Source: Candidatus Micrarchaeia archaeon (GTDB lineage Archaea; Micrarchaeota; Micrarchaeia; Anstonellales; Bilamarchaeaceae). From it: a stretch of 43,502 bases of DNA. The notes beneath the pieces were generated by a model, which saw only the letters and a program-made list of their open reading frames with translations, was not told the origin of the DNA and did not search any database. The position numbers and the translations under genes were made by a program. Positions 1-9,661 of the stretch are shown here, piece after piece. Position 1 is the first letter of the stretch. The number at the start of each line of letters is the position of its first letter. The DNA lies in NCBI GenBank assembly GCA_041650355.1, contig JBAZLI010000001.1, positions 1 to 43,502 of the forward strand. The letters are read 5' to 3'.

Positions 1-36
1 AAAGCGCTTTTAAAAAACAACCGCCCAAACCGATTC

Positions 37-513
37 ATGGAGTTCATGCAGCCCACGTGGCAGGAGGTGGACGCGATGTGCGCCGAGCTTGCGTCCATGG
101 TCCGCGAGTTCAGGCCTGACTGGATTGTCGGCATCTCTAGAGGCGGCCTGGTTCCTGCACGGCTTCTCTCGGACGTGCTGGCGAACCACAACGTCACCAC
201 CATACGGATAGAGTTCTACAAGACGATAGGCGAAACCAGCGGGTTCCCTAACATCACCCAGCCGCTCCAGGTCGACGTGAAGGGGAAAAAGGTGCTGCTC
301 GTGGACGATGTCGCGGATACTGGAAGGAGCCTTGCGGTAGCTAAGGAGCACGTGAAAAGGGCAGGAGCCTCGGAGGTGAAGATAGCCGCGCTCCACTGCA
401 AGCCAGGCAGCATAGTGGTTCCTGATTACTGCATAGGGCAAACCACAGCTTGGATAATCTACCCCTGGGAGGTTCGCGAGACCGAGCGGGAGAGGAAAAA
501 AACCGGAAAGTAG
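37..513 (+). CDS. gpt: Purine phosphoribosyltransferase (xanthine-guanine PRT / Gpt-like)
   Basis: 158-aa ORF. It has the PRPP-binding loop VLLVDDVADTGRS. The N-terminal TWQEV...WIVGISRGGLVPARLLS and C-terminal TAWIIYPWE layout parallels E. coli Gpt. Confidence 0.8.
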   Translation: MEFMQPTWQEVDAMCAELASMVREFRPDWIVGISRGGLVPARLLSDVLANHNVTTIRIEFYKTIGETSGFPNITQPLQVDVKGKKVLLVDDVADTGRSLAVAKEHVKRAGASEVKIAALHCKPGSIVVPDYCIGQTTAWIIYPWEVRETERERKKTGK

Positions 514-1107
514 GTGGTGCCCGTGAGGAAATACCTTGGATACGCGCTCTACATGGGCTTGTGCGCCCTTTTCATACTGCCCATATTCATAACCCCGTTC
601 CTGCCTGCGCTCGGGGCGCCCGGGCTGTTCACGATTATGCAGAACCTGTACGCCCCGACCTGCCACCAGCTCGCTTCGCGCTCAATCTGCTATTTCAGCG
701 ACGGAACCATTGACGATTGCGCGAGAAACGGCACTGCGGTTTCAGGAAGGCAGAGCGAGATGCATTTCGACTCCATATATGGGTACAAGTTCCCGGTATG
801 CTCGAGGGATGTCGCGATATACGGAGCGATGCTCCTCGGAGGCCTGCTCTTTCCGTTCGCGAAAAGGATTGACGACAGAATCGTGCCTCCGCTCATCTAT
901 TTCGCGGTTGCGCTCGTGCCCATCGCCCTGGACGGCGGAACGCAGCTCATAGGGCTCAGGGAAAGCACCAACCTGCTCAGGATGATAACCGGGTTCATAG
1001 CTGGTTTCGCTGTCCCTTTCTACATGATACCGATGATAAACACGTTCGTGCTAGGGCCGGGCAGGGAAACGCGCGTAAATCGAAGTCAGGATTCGCAAAT
1101 AAGGTAA
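514..1107 (+). CDS. DUF2085-like integral membrane protein
   Basis: 197-aa ORF that starts (GTG) directly after the gpt stop. It has several hydrophobic helices and an APTCHQLxSRS motif typical of DUF2085 as I recall it. The start codon is uncertain. Confidence 0.6.
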   Translation: MVPVRKYLGYALYMGLCALFILPIFITPFLPALGAPGLFTIMQNLYAPTCHQLASRSICYFSDGTIDDCARNGTAVSGRQSEMHFDSIYGYKFPVCSRDVAIYGAMLLGGLLFPFAKRIDDRIVPPLIYFAVALVPIALDGGTQLIGLRESTNLLRMITGFIAGFAVPFYMIPMINTFVLGPGRETRVNRSQDSQIR

Positions 1108-1177
1108 GAAAACTGAAAAAGCGAAACGAGAAAATTGCGATAAATGAAGGCATTCGAGGTTTAAACAGCTAGAGCAA

Positions 1178-1229
1178 TTTTTTCGGCATTTGTAAATTGC
1201 GAGATACGAACACGATACGATTTACAAAT
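1178..1229. terminator. Convergent-gene terminator region: T6 tract plus 10-bp inverted repeat
   Basis: TTTTTT lies at 1178-1183, downstream of the plus-strand gene. ATTTGTAAAT (1188-1197) pairs with ATTTACAAAT (1220-1229). The 22-nt loop contains GATACGA twice. The region sits between the convergent ends at 1107 and 1241. Confidence 0.4.
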
Positions 1230-1240
1230 ACAATGAAAAT

Positions 1241-3184
1241 CTATCTAAGTCGCACTGATTCCATGTCCAGAGGCGCGCTCACATTGCGCTTGAGCATCAT
1301 GGCCGCGCTTTTCGCGAGGTCGTCGGTCTTGTTCCAGTCGCCGTGCATGGTGAATATGCGCTCCGGCGTGGGCATGGTGTTCTTCAGGAACGCGAGGAGC
1401 TGCCGCCTGTCGCTGTGGCCTGAGAACCCCTCCACGGTCTCGATGCGCATGTTTATCTTCATTATCTCGGTCCTCCCGTCCTCGCCTATCACCGGGATTT
1501 CCTTCATCCCCTTCTGCACCTTAGAACCAAGGGAGAGGGCGCTCTGGTATCCTACGAAAACCATGCTGTTCTTCGGCTCGCCGGCCATCAGCCTGAAATA
1601 CTCGTAGCTCGGGCCGCCGTTGAGCATTCCCGAGGGGGCGAGTATTATGCACGGCTCGCCGCTTTCCACTATCGCCTTCTTGTCCTCCCCTTTCGCGACC
1701 TTTATCATCGGCGACTCGAAGGGGCTCTGGTTTGAGAGTATGCGCTTCTGCAGGCTCTCCCGCAGGTATTCCGGATAGGCGGTGTGTATCGCGCTCGCCT
1801 CGAGCACCATGCCGTCTATGTACAGCGGCACGTTGAAATCAGGGTTCCGCTTGTAGAAATCTTCGAGCACCAGGAGAATCTCCTGGCTCCTCCCCACGGC
1901 GAATACAGGTATGAGCACGTTGCCCTTGTTGTCCGTGGTTTCCTTTATCACGCGCAGTAGCGCGTTCTCGCTCTCTGCCCGCGCGGGCATCATGTCTTCC
2001 CAGCCTCCGTAGGTGCTTTCCACGAACAGGCTCTCCAGCCTCGGGAAGCTTATGTTCGCAGGGTCGAAAAGCCTGGTGAACCCGAATTTTATGTCCCCGG
2101 TGTAAACGAGGTTGTGCAGTCCCTCCCCTATGTGCAGGTGCACCATCGCGCTTCCGAGTATGTGGCCCGCGTTGTAGAGCGTCATCTTTATCTCAGGGGC
2201 TATGTCCACCACTTCCCCGTAATCCACGGGTATGATGTGCTTGAGTTCCTTCTGGATTCCCTTCCGTGTGTACGGCGGGTCCACGTTGAAGCTCTTCTTC
2301 ATCACGTTTATGTAGTCCTGCTGGAGCAGGGCCATGAAATCCCGCGTCGGGGGCGTGGCGTAGACCGGGCCCTCGTAGCCGTACTCGTAAAGATAAGGCA
2401 CGAAGCCCATGTGGTCCATGTGGCCGTGCGAAATTACAACAGCATCAAGCTGGTCCAGCGAAAACCCGAGCATGTTCAGGTACGGGTACGCCTTCGTAGG
2501 CTCCCCTATTACAGGGTTCACGCCGCAGTCCACGAGCACCTTGCTGTGCTGTGTCTGCACGAGCATGCAGCTCCTGCCCACTTCCCTGAACCCGCCCAGG
2601 AACGAGATGCGGAGCCAGTCGCTCTTCGGGAGCTCCTGGCATATGCGCCTGCCTATCTGCGAGAGGAATTTCTTCCTCTCTGCGGCCTCGAGCACGAAGC
2701 TCTTCCTTATCCCTTCTATGGTGGCCGAAGCCATCGTCGGAGTCCTGAGCACCACCGGCGCCCAGTTGGTCTGCAGTATCACTTCCTTGAGCACCACGCC
2801 GCTCTTCCCTATGACGAGTCCGGGCTTCACCGCCTCTATGTGCACCTCGCTGAACTCAGGGACGAAGCGGATGCTCGTGACCTCTGCCTCGGCCGGAAGC
2901 AGCGCCTTTATCTTCTGTATGGCCTGCTCCATGTCCATGAGCACGCTTGGGTCGGCCCTTATGAGGACTTTCTTCTTGATTGCGCCTGCAACGTGCTTTA
3001 TCAGCTGGTCGCTCCCGTAAAACGCCCTGATGTTCCTCAGATAAATCACGACGTTGAGCCCCTCTGGCTCCACTTTCGTGACTTCGCACTCCGGGGGCAT
3101 TATCTCCCCCACTACCTTTTCTATCTCTTTGTAATACAATTCAATCACCGTAATTTTTTCTGTAAGTGGCGCGCTGACGGCCAA
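1241..3184 (-). CDS. fttA: aCPSF1 / FttA: KH-domain beta-CASP metallo-beta-lactamase ribonuclease (archaeal transcription termination factor)
   Basis: 647 aa. It has N-terminal KH-like modules (VIGKSGVVLKEV), the MBL motif VISHGHMDHMG, and beta-CASP C-terminal motifs (FSGHSDRRQL, FTMHGD). This is the canonical archaeal aCPSF1 architecture and length. Confidence 0.93.
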   Translation of the reverse strand: MAVSAPLTEKITVIELYYKEIEKVVGEIMPPECEVTKVEPEGLNVVIYLRNIRAFYGSDQLIKHVAGAIKKKVLIRADPSVLMDMEQAIQKIKALLPAEAEVTSIRFVPEFSEVHIEAVKPGLVIGKSGVVLKEVILQTNWAPVVLRTPTMASATIEGIRKSFVLEAAERKKFLSQIGRRICQELPKSDWLRISFLGGFREVGRSCMLVQTQHSKVLVDCGVNPVIGEPTKAYPYLNMLGFSLDQLDAVVISHGHMDHMGFVPYLYEYGYEGPVYATPPTRDFMALLQQDYINVMKKSFNVDPPYTRKGIQKELKHIIPVDYGEVVDIAPEIKMTLYNAGHILGSAMVHLHIGEGLHNLVYTGDIKFGFTRLFDPANISFPRLESLFVESTYGGWEDMMPARAESENALLRVIKETTDNKGNVLIPVFAVGRSQEILLVLEDFYKRNPDFNVPLYIDGMVLEASAIHTAYPEYLRESLQKRILSNQSPFESPMIKVAKGEDKKAIVESGEPCIILAPSGMLNGGPSYEYFRLMAGEPKNSMVFVGYQSALSLGSKVQKGMKEIPVIGEDGRTEIMKINMRIETVEGFSGHSDRRQLLAFLKNTMPTPERIFTMHGDWNKTDDLAKSAAMMLKRNVSAPLDMESVRLR

Positions 3185-3230
3185 AACCGCGTCTGGAAGC
3201 GCCGGGGAAACATGCGCATACGTGCTCCAA

Positions 3231-3869
3231 TCATGCTAGAAACTGCCTGACTTCCTCCTTGGAGTATCTCCTGAAGCCGTTCTCGTCAACGAGCACCAGG
3301 TCGACGCGCTCGCCGCTCGCAGCGTCCCTTTTCATGGCCGCGGAAACCGCCTTTGCCGCAATCCTGAGATTATCCACGGCGAGCGATTCCTCCTTGTAGA
3401 GCTCCTCGAGCACCCCGTAAGCCACCGGGGAGCCGCTCCCTGTGCTTGCGAGCTTCTCCTCGGTAACTCCGCCGAGCATGTCCACGCTGTACAGTCTCGG
3501 CTTCCCGTTGTCGTAGCCCCCGACAAGGAGCTGGACGAAGAACGGGTAATACTTGTACTGCACGAGTATGTTCGCCAGGAGCGAAGAGGCGGCGGAAACG
3601 GACATCTTCTTGCCCTGCCTCAGGGAATAGAGCTTAATCTCGGCCTGCATCCAGCGCACGAGCGTCTGCGCGTCCCCCACGCCGCCTGCTATGGTCATCG
3701 CTATGCTCTCTGAAAGAGGGTAAATCTTATCTATGTCCTTGCTCGCTATGAGGAAGCCCATTGTGGCGCGCCTGTCGCTCGCGAGCACCACTCCGTTCCT
3801 GCATACGAGGCCCACCGTAGTGGTCCCGGTCTTGAGAGTCTTTGTGTTTTCTTCTTCCATGAGTATCAC
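3231..3869 (-). CDS. psmB: Proteasome subunit beta
   Basis: 212 aa. A short propeptide precedes the catalytic TGTTTVGL, and the Ntn-hydrolase core is typical (GSGS...AYGVLE). The start is either GTG at 3869 or ATG at 3860. Confidence 0.93.
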   Translation of the reverse strand: MILMEEENTKTLKTGTTTVGLVCRNGVVLASDRRATMGFLIASKDIDKIYPLSESIAMTIAGGVGDAQTLVRWMQAEIKLYSLRQGKKMSVSAASSLLANILVQYKYYPFFVQLLVGGYDNGKPRLYSVDMLGGVTEEKLASTGSGSPVAYGVLEELYKEESLAVDNLRIAAKAVSAAMKRDAASGERVDLVLVDENGFRRYSKEEVRQFLA

Positions 3870-3940
3870 CGTTTATTGTGAATGTTTCTCTTTTTCACCC
3901 TGCCTTGACGGCGCTTGGGGTTCTCAGCTTTTATAGTTTT

Positions 3941-3956
3941 TACAAAAAACAAAAGC
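3941..3956 (-). terminator. Oligo-T tract downstream of the tsaC-like gene
   Basis: The minus strand reads TTTTGTTTTTTG about 100 nt after the stop at 4053 and before a TATA-like CTATAAAAG upstream of psmB. It fits archaeal oligo-U termination. Confidence 0.35.
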
Positions 3957-4052
3957 ACGAATAAGTATTCAGGGGACAATGCTATTGGGGCATAACAGTT
4001 TTATAAACCTTTTGCTCGCCCTGCGCGTTTTTGCAGTTCGTTCAATTCAGAA

Positions 4053-4652
4053 TCATTTGAATTCGAACTTCCCTGCGCCTCTTCTCAGCACCTTTCTCTC
4101 CGCCCAGTCTATTACAGTGGAGGGCTTCTTCTCAGCGGTTTCCCCTCCGTCTATGCACAGGCCAGAGGAACGCAGTATCTTCGCGTCTATTTCCTTCACG
4201 CTGACCGGGTCCTTCCCTCCGCTCAGATTGGCGCTGGTTGCTATTATAGGATTTCCGAAATCCAGCACGAGCTTGCGCAGGAAGAAATGGTTCGGAACGC
4301 GGATGCCTATTTTCTCAATCCGCCCTGCGAGCTTTTTCCCTTGCTTCAATTTGAATATGAGCGTGTACGGGCCTGGAAGCAGTTCGGGAAGCGCGAAAGC
4401 CGCATCTGAGGGTATTTCGCACCATTCCCTCAGCATTTCCAATCCGCTCATCACCACTGCAAAAGGTTTCCCGCGGTCGCGCTCCTTCACAGAATATATT
4501 TTTTCGAGCACTTCCGGATTTGTCGCGTCCCCGCCCAATCCGTAAACCGTATCCGTAGGGAAAACCAGCAACTTCCCGGAGCGCAGCGTTTCCAGCCCAC
4601 GCCTGAGCGCTTCGTTATACTCGTTCTCCAGCGCAGCCAGCTTTTTTCCCAT
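4053..4652 (-). CDS. tsaC: L-threonylcarbamoyladenylate synthase, YrdC-domain only (TsaC/Sua5 family)
   Basis: The YrdC signature LLVFPTDTVYGLGGDA and SANLSGG are present. ATG at 4652 gives a canonical N-terminus 14 nt after the pyrI stop. The ORF can extend to GTG at 4712, which would overlap pyrI by 46 nt. Confidence 0.85.
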   Translation of the reverse strand: MGKKLAALENEYNEALRRGLETLRSGKLLVFPTDTVYGLGGDATNPEVLEKIYSVKERDRGKPFAVVMSGLEMLREWCEIPSDAAFALPELLPGPYTLIFKLKQGKKLAGRIEKIGIRVPNHFFLRKLVLDFGNPIIATSANLSGGKDPVSVKEIDAKILRSSGLCIDGGETAEKKPSTVIDWAERKVLRRGAGKFEFK

Positions 4653-4666
4653 CCAAATCCCGAAAA

Positions 4667-5092
4667 TCAGACCAGTTCGGTGCTCCTGAACAGCCGCTCG
4701 CAGTAATTGCACCTGTAATGGCTGCCCTCCAGGGAAAAATCCTCATACCCCTTTTCCGAATTGGTTATGCAATTAGGATTGGGGCATTTTCCCACAGAAA
4801 GCTTCCGCGGAAGCTCGGCGTTGAATTTCCTCTCCACATTCTCGTTCTTTATTATGTTTATGGTCGCGTTAGGAGCCGCGAGCGCTATTATGTTGGCTTT
4901 TGCAGAGTCCACGCATATTCCCTCTATCTTCACTATGTCCTTCCTGCCGGTCTTCTTGCTCGGCACGTTTATCATGAGCGCTACGCGATGCGGATATGTC
5001 TCATCTATTCCGAGAAGGCTGAGCACCCGCCTCCCCATCCCTGCAGTTATGTGGTCTATCACCGTCCCGTTGGAGATTTTCTCAACAATCAT
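4667..5092 (-). CDS. pyrI: Aspartate carbamoyltransferase regulatory subunit
   Basis: 141 aa with the N-terminal VxKIxNGTVIDHI motif and C-terminal zinc cysteines (CPNPNC...CNYC). It lies immediately downstream of pyrB. Confidence 0.92.
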   Translation of the reverse strand: MIVEKISNGTVIDHITAGMGRRVLSLLGIDETYPHRVALMINVPSKKTGRKDIVKIEGICVDSAKANIIALAAPNATINIIKNENVERKFNAELPRKLSVGKCPNPNCITNSEKGYEDFSLEGSHYRCNYCERLFRSTELV

Positions 5093-5101
5093 GCAATCGA
5101 C

Positions 5102-5989
5102 CTATTTCCTGTCCAGGCAGTACTCTATTACAGCCATGCGCACAGGCACCGCGTTCGCGGCCTGCTCGAAGTACCTTGCGTACCTGCTTCCGTCCACGTC
5201 GCTGCTTATCTCGTCTATCTTGGGAAGCGGGTGGAGCACTATGGCGTCCTTCTTCGCCTTCTCCAAATCCGCGAGCCTGAGCCTGAACTTCTCCTTTATC
5301 TTCTTGGCCTCGTACTTGTCCACGAAGCGCTCCTCCTGAACCCTCACGACGTAAACCACGTCCGCGCCCGAAAAGTCAGGTTCGTTGCCGAGCTGCACTT
5401 TCGCCCCGAACTTCCCCTTTATTTCCTCCAATATGTCCTGGCTCACTTCCAGGCCCTGGGGCGCAACCATCCTCATCTTCGCGCCGAACATCGCGAGCCC
5501 GTATATGAGCGAATGCATCGACCGCGCATGCTTCAGGTCCCCAAAGAGCACCACGTTCAGCCCCTCGAGCTTCCCCTTCTCTTTCTGGATGGTGTAAAGG
5601 TCTATGAGCGCCTGAGTAGGATGCTCGTTCGCCCCGTCTCCGCCGTTTATAACCGGATGCCTCGCGAGCCTCGCTGCGAGCCTCGCGCTTCCTTCCTTGG
5701 GATGCCTCACTGCGAGCACGTCGGCGTAATTATCGAACATGCGTATCGTGTCGGAGAAGCTTTCCCCTTTTATCAGGGAGCTGTTCTCAGGGTTGAAATC
5801 TATGATTTTCAGCCCCAGGCGCGAGGCGGCGCTCAGGAAGGAGGTTTTGGTCCTTGTGCTGGGCTCGAAGAAGGTGGTCGCGAGTATCCCTTTCCTTTCC
5901 TTGAAAACGCCCTTCTCTATCTTCGCTGCGCGCCCAAAAATAGCCGTCGCGGTCTTCTTGTCCAAATCCCGCATCGAGATCATGTCCAT
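5102..5989 (-). CDS. pyrB: Aspartate carbamoyltransferase catalytic subunit
   Basis: 295 aa with the carbamoyl-phosphate site STRTKTSF, plus HPTQAL and HPLP motifs. Confidence 0.95.
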   Translation of the reverse strand: MDMISMRDLDKKTATAIFGRAAKIEKGVFKERKGILATTFFEPSTRTKTSFLSAASRLGLKIIDFNPENSSLIKGESFSDTIRMFDNYADVLAVRHPKEGSARLAARLARHPVINGGDGANEHPTQALIDLYTIQKEKGKLEGLNVVLFGDLKHARSMHSLIYGLAMFGAKMRMVAPQGLEVSQDILEEIKGKFGAKVQLGNEPDFSGADVVYVVRVQEERFVDKYEAKKIKEKFRLRLADLEKAKKDAIVLHPLPKIDEISSDVDGSRYARYFEQAANAVPVRMAVIEYCLDRK

Positions 5990-6087
5990 GTATATCGTAA
6001 GCTAAGTGCCGCGTTCAATATTAAATGGTTTCGCATCAGCTTTTTGCGCCCATTCTGCAAATGGGCGATGCAAATCCCAATCAGGCG

Positions 6088-7311
6088 CTATTCGTACCTG
6101 AGCGCCTCCAGAGGCGAGACCTTGGACGCGTTCCAGGAAGGTATGAAGCCGCTCGCGAGCCCTATGAGGAAAGAGAATGCGAATGCACCAGAAACAACGA
6201 ACGGGTCTATGTAAACAGGCACGCTGAAGTTTTTAACCACCAGGAGCAGTGCGATTGCGAACAGCGCGCCGAGCACTCCTCCGACCATCCCTATGGCCCC
6301 GCTCTCGATTAAGAAGATTGAAAGTATTTCCTTCGAGCTCGCGCCTATCGCCTTGAGCGTCCCTATCTCCTTGGTCCTCTCAACCACGGCCATGAACATG
6401 GTGTTCATTATCCCCACTCCCCCCACAACCAGCGAAATGGCGGCTATCGCGCCCAGGAACACAGTGAGCAGGGATGTTATGGTGCCCACGGTGCTGTTTA
6501 TGAAATCCGGGGTTATGAGCCCGAAATCCTCCTCTCCCTCGCGCACGCGGTGCAGGTTCCTCAATTTGTCCTCTATCTCGCCAGCCACAAGTTCCACGTC
6601 AGCATCATCCTTGACTGTGAGCCGGATTGCGCTCACCTCGTCTTTCGCGAGCGTGGACGCGAAGAGGTCCTGGGCATCCTGGAAGTTTACGAAAACCGAG
6701 CTGTCGGTGCTGGCGAAAGAGCTCCCGCTTTTCTTCAAAACGCCTATCACGCGATACTGGTGATTATCTATGTAAACGTAGCTGTTGACGCTCACTACGT
6801 CCTTTCCGAAGCTCTTCTGCGCTATGTCGTTCCCAAGAACCACGACGTTGCGGTCGCTGGATGTGAGCCACCTGCCTGCTTCAACGTCCGCCACTTCCTT
6901 GCTTATCTGCCCGGCTATGTCCGGCTCCACACCGGTTATCGAAGAGGTTATATCCTTGCCCTTGAATCCGAGCGATGCGCGCTGAGTTATTATCGGGGAT
7001 ATCAAATCCACGCTCGCGAGCTTCTTTATTTCCCCTACGTCTTTCATGTAGAGCTTGCCGCTGGTGGCCATTGTGCTCGGACCGAAGCTCACGCCCTGGG
7101 CCCCATCCAGGTTCACCGGTATCACCACTATGGTCTTTGTCCCGAACTGCGCGAGCTGCTCGTTTATGGACACGTTGAGCCCTTGGCCAATGGACACCAG
7201 TATTATGACCGATGAGATGCCGATTATTATTCCAAGTATGGTGAGCCACGTGCGCAAACTGCTGTGGGTGAGGCTCTTGAACGCATATGTCAGCATGTCA
7301 TTTAGCTTCAT
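6088..7311 (-). CDS. ABC transporter permease, MacB/FtsX type
   Basis: 407 aa. An N-terminal TM is followed by a ~230-aa extracytoplasmic domain and a C-terminal FtsX-like 3-TM bundle (TKEIGTLKAIGAS motif). It is the last gene of the padR-ABC operon. Confidence 0.88.
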   Translation of the reverse strand: MKLNDMLTYAFKSLTHSSLRTWLTILGIIIGISSVIILVSIGQGLNVSINEQLAQFGTKTIVVIPVNLDGAQGVSFGPSTMATSGKLYMKDVGEIKKLASVDLISPIITQRASLGFKGKDITSSITGVEPDIAGQISKEVADVEAGRWLTSSDRNVVVLGNDIAQKSFGKDVVSVNSYVYIDNHQYRVIGVLKKSGSSFASTDSSVFVNFQDAQDLFASTLAKDEVSAIRLTVKDDADVELVAGEIEDKLRNLHRVREGEEDFGLITPDFINSTVGTITSLLTVFLGAIAAISLVVGGVGIMNTMFMAVVERTKEIGTLKAIGASSKEILSIFLIESGAIGMVGGVLGALFAIALLLVVKNFSVPVYIDPFVVSGAFAFSFLIGLASGFIPSWNASKVSPLEALRYE

Positions 7312-7419
7312 CGCACATACCTCTCATCAATCAACCGTTGTCCGGGTCTGCATTTACCTCCTGCGGGAAAACGGCGCTCTCCGCCCGTTTCTCCCTTCTT
7401 GCCGACGACCGGAGAATAT

Positions 7420-8877
7420 TCACGCCTGGCTGGGCTTCTTCTTGCGGAAGAACAGCAGGTACGCCGCAACGACCACCACCCCTGCGCCGAGCAGAAGCGG
7501 GAGCGGGCTGCTCTGGTCCGCGGCCTTTTCGCCCACCCTGACCTGGAGCACCTTCTGCCGCTCTATGAAGTTGCCGAAAGTGTCCTTGTACTTCACCCGC
7601 ACGGTGAGGTTGTTCACGGGCTTCGCGTCGTCATTTATCCGTATCTTGAACTGCACGCTGCTGAAATCATCCTTGTTCAGCAGGCCTATGTATTGTTCAT
7701 CCTGCACGCTCAGGAGTTCAAAGAAATCCCCTGAAATTTTGACCGAGCTCGACTCAATTGGATAATCCCAGGTGTTGGCGACCGTGACAGAAAGCGTTTC
7801 CTCCTGCCCGGCTGCGACCGGCAGGGGCTTGGATTCTATGTAAACCTGCACGTCGCTGTCCGAGTCGAAGGTGAGTGCCACCTTTATCGTCTCGGTCTTC
7901 TGTTCGCCCGAATCAGTGTATGTAATCGTGGCGTTCTCGTTCACCGTGCCCGGGGATACGCCCGGATGCATGATGAACGTAACTTCCTTGGTCTGGCCGC
8001 TCGCAAGGTCCCCGATTCTGACCTCTTCCCCTCCCTTGAGTATTATGTCCGGGTTGGAGAACGAAAGCTTCACTCCGCTGAGTTGCTTGGCGCCGTTCAC
8101 GACGCGCAGGGTCACGGTATTGTCCATGCTGGATGTGATTTTGGAAACCTGCAGGAAAGAGATGTCAGGGGTTTCCTTGCTGACCGTGAGCGCTATGTCC
8201 TTGGTCTCGTTCACGCTGTTTCCCAGTTCGTCGTCGTAGGTGATTCTGAACTGGAGGGTGTTCGCACCCTCGTTCACGTCGCCTACATCCAGGTTTATAG
8301 ATGTGTTTTTGCTCATGATTATGTCTCCCAGGTAAATCTCGTTCGCGCCCGCTATGGAGAATGGGGAAAGCGCCATGAGCCGCACGCTCTTTGCGATGCC
8401 GCCCTTGTTGTCAATTTTGAACGAGAACTCGCTGCCCTCGCTGTAATCCTTGCTGTATCCGCTTATGAGCAGGATTGGCGGATTCAAGACGTAAATCGGT
8501 ATGCTGGCCTCCTTGTAGTTGAAGTCCGAGGAGCCGTCCCCCGCGAGCTCAGAGCCGTAAACCCTGAAGTTGAAGACGTACACTCCGCTCGGCGTGCCGG
8601 GCTTGACAGTGAGCGGCACCGTGAGCGTCGTGGACGTGCCGGCGGCCATGTCGCCTATGAGCACGCTGTCCTGGTACGTGAAACCCGGATTCCCGTTTAC
8701 CTCGACCTTCGCTGAGGTTATGGAACTGGACCCTGCGGAATTGCCCACCACCAGAATTATTGCTCCGCTCTCGCCGGGCTTGAAAACAGACTTGCTCGCA
8801 GAAGCGCTGACAGAGAATGCAGCGAACCCCATGCCGGCCATTGCCAGCAGGGCGAAAATCCACATCAGTTTTTTCAT
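7420..8877 (-). CDS. Secreted, C-terminally anchored beta-sandwich repeat protein (COG1361 / CARDB-like, ABC-associated)
   Basis: 485 aa with a signal peptide (MKKLMWIFALLAMAGMGFA). The body is Ser/Thr/Val/Asn-rich with repeated Ig-like segments. The C-terminus has a TM helix plus a basic tail (VVVVAAYLLFFRKKKP). It lies between the ATPase and permease genes. Confidence 0.6.
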   Translation of the reverse strand: MKKLMWIFALLAMAGMGFAAFSVSASASKSVFKPGESGAIILVVGNSAGSSSITSAKVEVNGNPGFTYQDSVLIGDMAAGTSTTLTVPLTVKPGTPSGVYVFNFRVYGSELAGDGSSDFNYKEASIPIYVLNPPILLISGYSKDYSEGSEFSFKIDNKGGIAKSVRLMALSPFSIAGANEIYLGDIIMSKNTSINLDVGDVNEGANTLQFRITYDDELGNSVNETKDIALTVSKETPDISFLQVSKITSSMDNTVTLRVVNGAKQLSGVKLSFSNPDIILKGGEEVRIGDLASGQTKEVTFIMHPGVSPGTVNENATITYTDSGEQKTETIKVALTFDSDSDVQVYIESKPLPVAAGQEETLSVTVANTWDYPIESSSVKISGDFFELLSVQDEQYIGLLNKDDFSSVQFKIRINDDAKPVNNLTVRVKYKDTFGNFIERQKVLQVRVGEKAADQSSPLPLLLGAGVVVVAAYLLFFRKKKPSQA

Positions 8878-8950
8878 AAATCACACCTCATCCACGAACA
8901 TCATCCGTGCTTCCTTCGCGGTTTCCCGGCACGGATTATACTTTCTGTTT

Positions 8951-9661
8951 TCATCCTTTTTTGTCATCCATCTTATCTATCTTTCCGTCCCTTAGGTATA
9001 TAATTCTGTCCGCATTCTTGGCTATGTTCCTGTCATGGGTTATCATCAGTATCGTTTTGCCTGCGGCGTTCAGCTCCCTGAATATGCGCATCACTTCCTC
9101 GCCGCTCCTGCTGTCCAGGTTGCCAGTGGGCTCGTCCGCGAATATTATGTCCGGGTCCAGTGCGAGAGCGCGCGCTATGGCGACGCGCTGCATTTCCCCC
9201 CCGCTTATGTTGTTCGTGTAGTTGTTCATCCTGTGCGCGATGCCGAGGCGCTCCAGCAGCGGGAGCACCTTCTCCATCCTCCTGTGCTCTTCCACTTCGT
9301 CGAGCATGAGCGGCAGCGCCGCGTTCTCGAAGACCGTGAGGTTGTTTATGAGGTTGAACTGCTGGAAGACGAAGCCCAGCCTTTTCCTCCTGAACGCAGT
9401 CACGTCCCCGTTCTTCATCTGCGACACGTGGGCGCCTTCGATGTAGATGTCCCCGCTCGTGGGCCGGTCCAGGAGCCCGAGCATGTGGAGCAGGGTGCTC
9501 TTGCCGCATCCGCTCGGCCCCAGCACGCTCACAAACTCCCCGGATTTTATCGAAATGCTTATCCCGTCCACTGCCCGTATCTCGGCATCGCCGAGCCTGA
9601 ACACCTTGGTCAGGTTTTCGGCGCGCATTATCTCGCCCTGGGGATTCTGTTTGAGTTTCAT
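8951..9661 (-). CDS. ABC transporter ATP-binding protein (MacB/LolD-like)
   Basis: Walker [10 protein letters not shown], signature [14 protein letters not shown], Walker [13 protein letters not shown] and an H-loop ITHD are all present. ATG at 9661 overlaps the padR stop (ATGA). The upstream ORF extension to 9745 was rejected. Confidence 0.93.
   Translation of the reverse strand: MKLKQNPQGEIMRAENLTKVFRLGDAEIRAVDGISISIKSGEFVSVLGPSGCGKSTLLHMLGLLDRPTSGDIYIEGAHVSQMKNGDVTAFRRKRLGFVFQQFNLINNLTVFENAALPLMLDEVEEHRRMEKVLPLLERLGIAHRMNNYTNNISGGEMQRVAIARALALDPDIIFADEPTGNLDSRSGEEVMRIFRELNAAGKTILMITHDRNIAKNADRIIYLRDGKIDKMDDKKG

Noticed and set aside
2114-3250. 378-aa plus-strand ORF (also 2409..3020)
   Set aside because: It is fully antisense to the confidently identified aCPSF1 gene. 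The His/Arg/Leu/Val-rich low-complexity translation is typical of shadow ORFs in DNA with GC-rich third codon positions.
6047-6067. 8-bp hairpin CGCCCATT-ctgca-AATGGGCG downstream of the ABC permease gene
   Set aside because: In the transcribed (minus) orientation an A-run follows it, not a U-tract. It is therefore not a convincing terminator, and it is too short to call as a regulatory RNA.
4718-6214. 498-aa plus-strand ORF
   Set aside because: It is antisense to pyrI and pyrB. Its composition is biased (H, R, L, Y, P) and it has no motifs.
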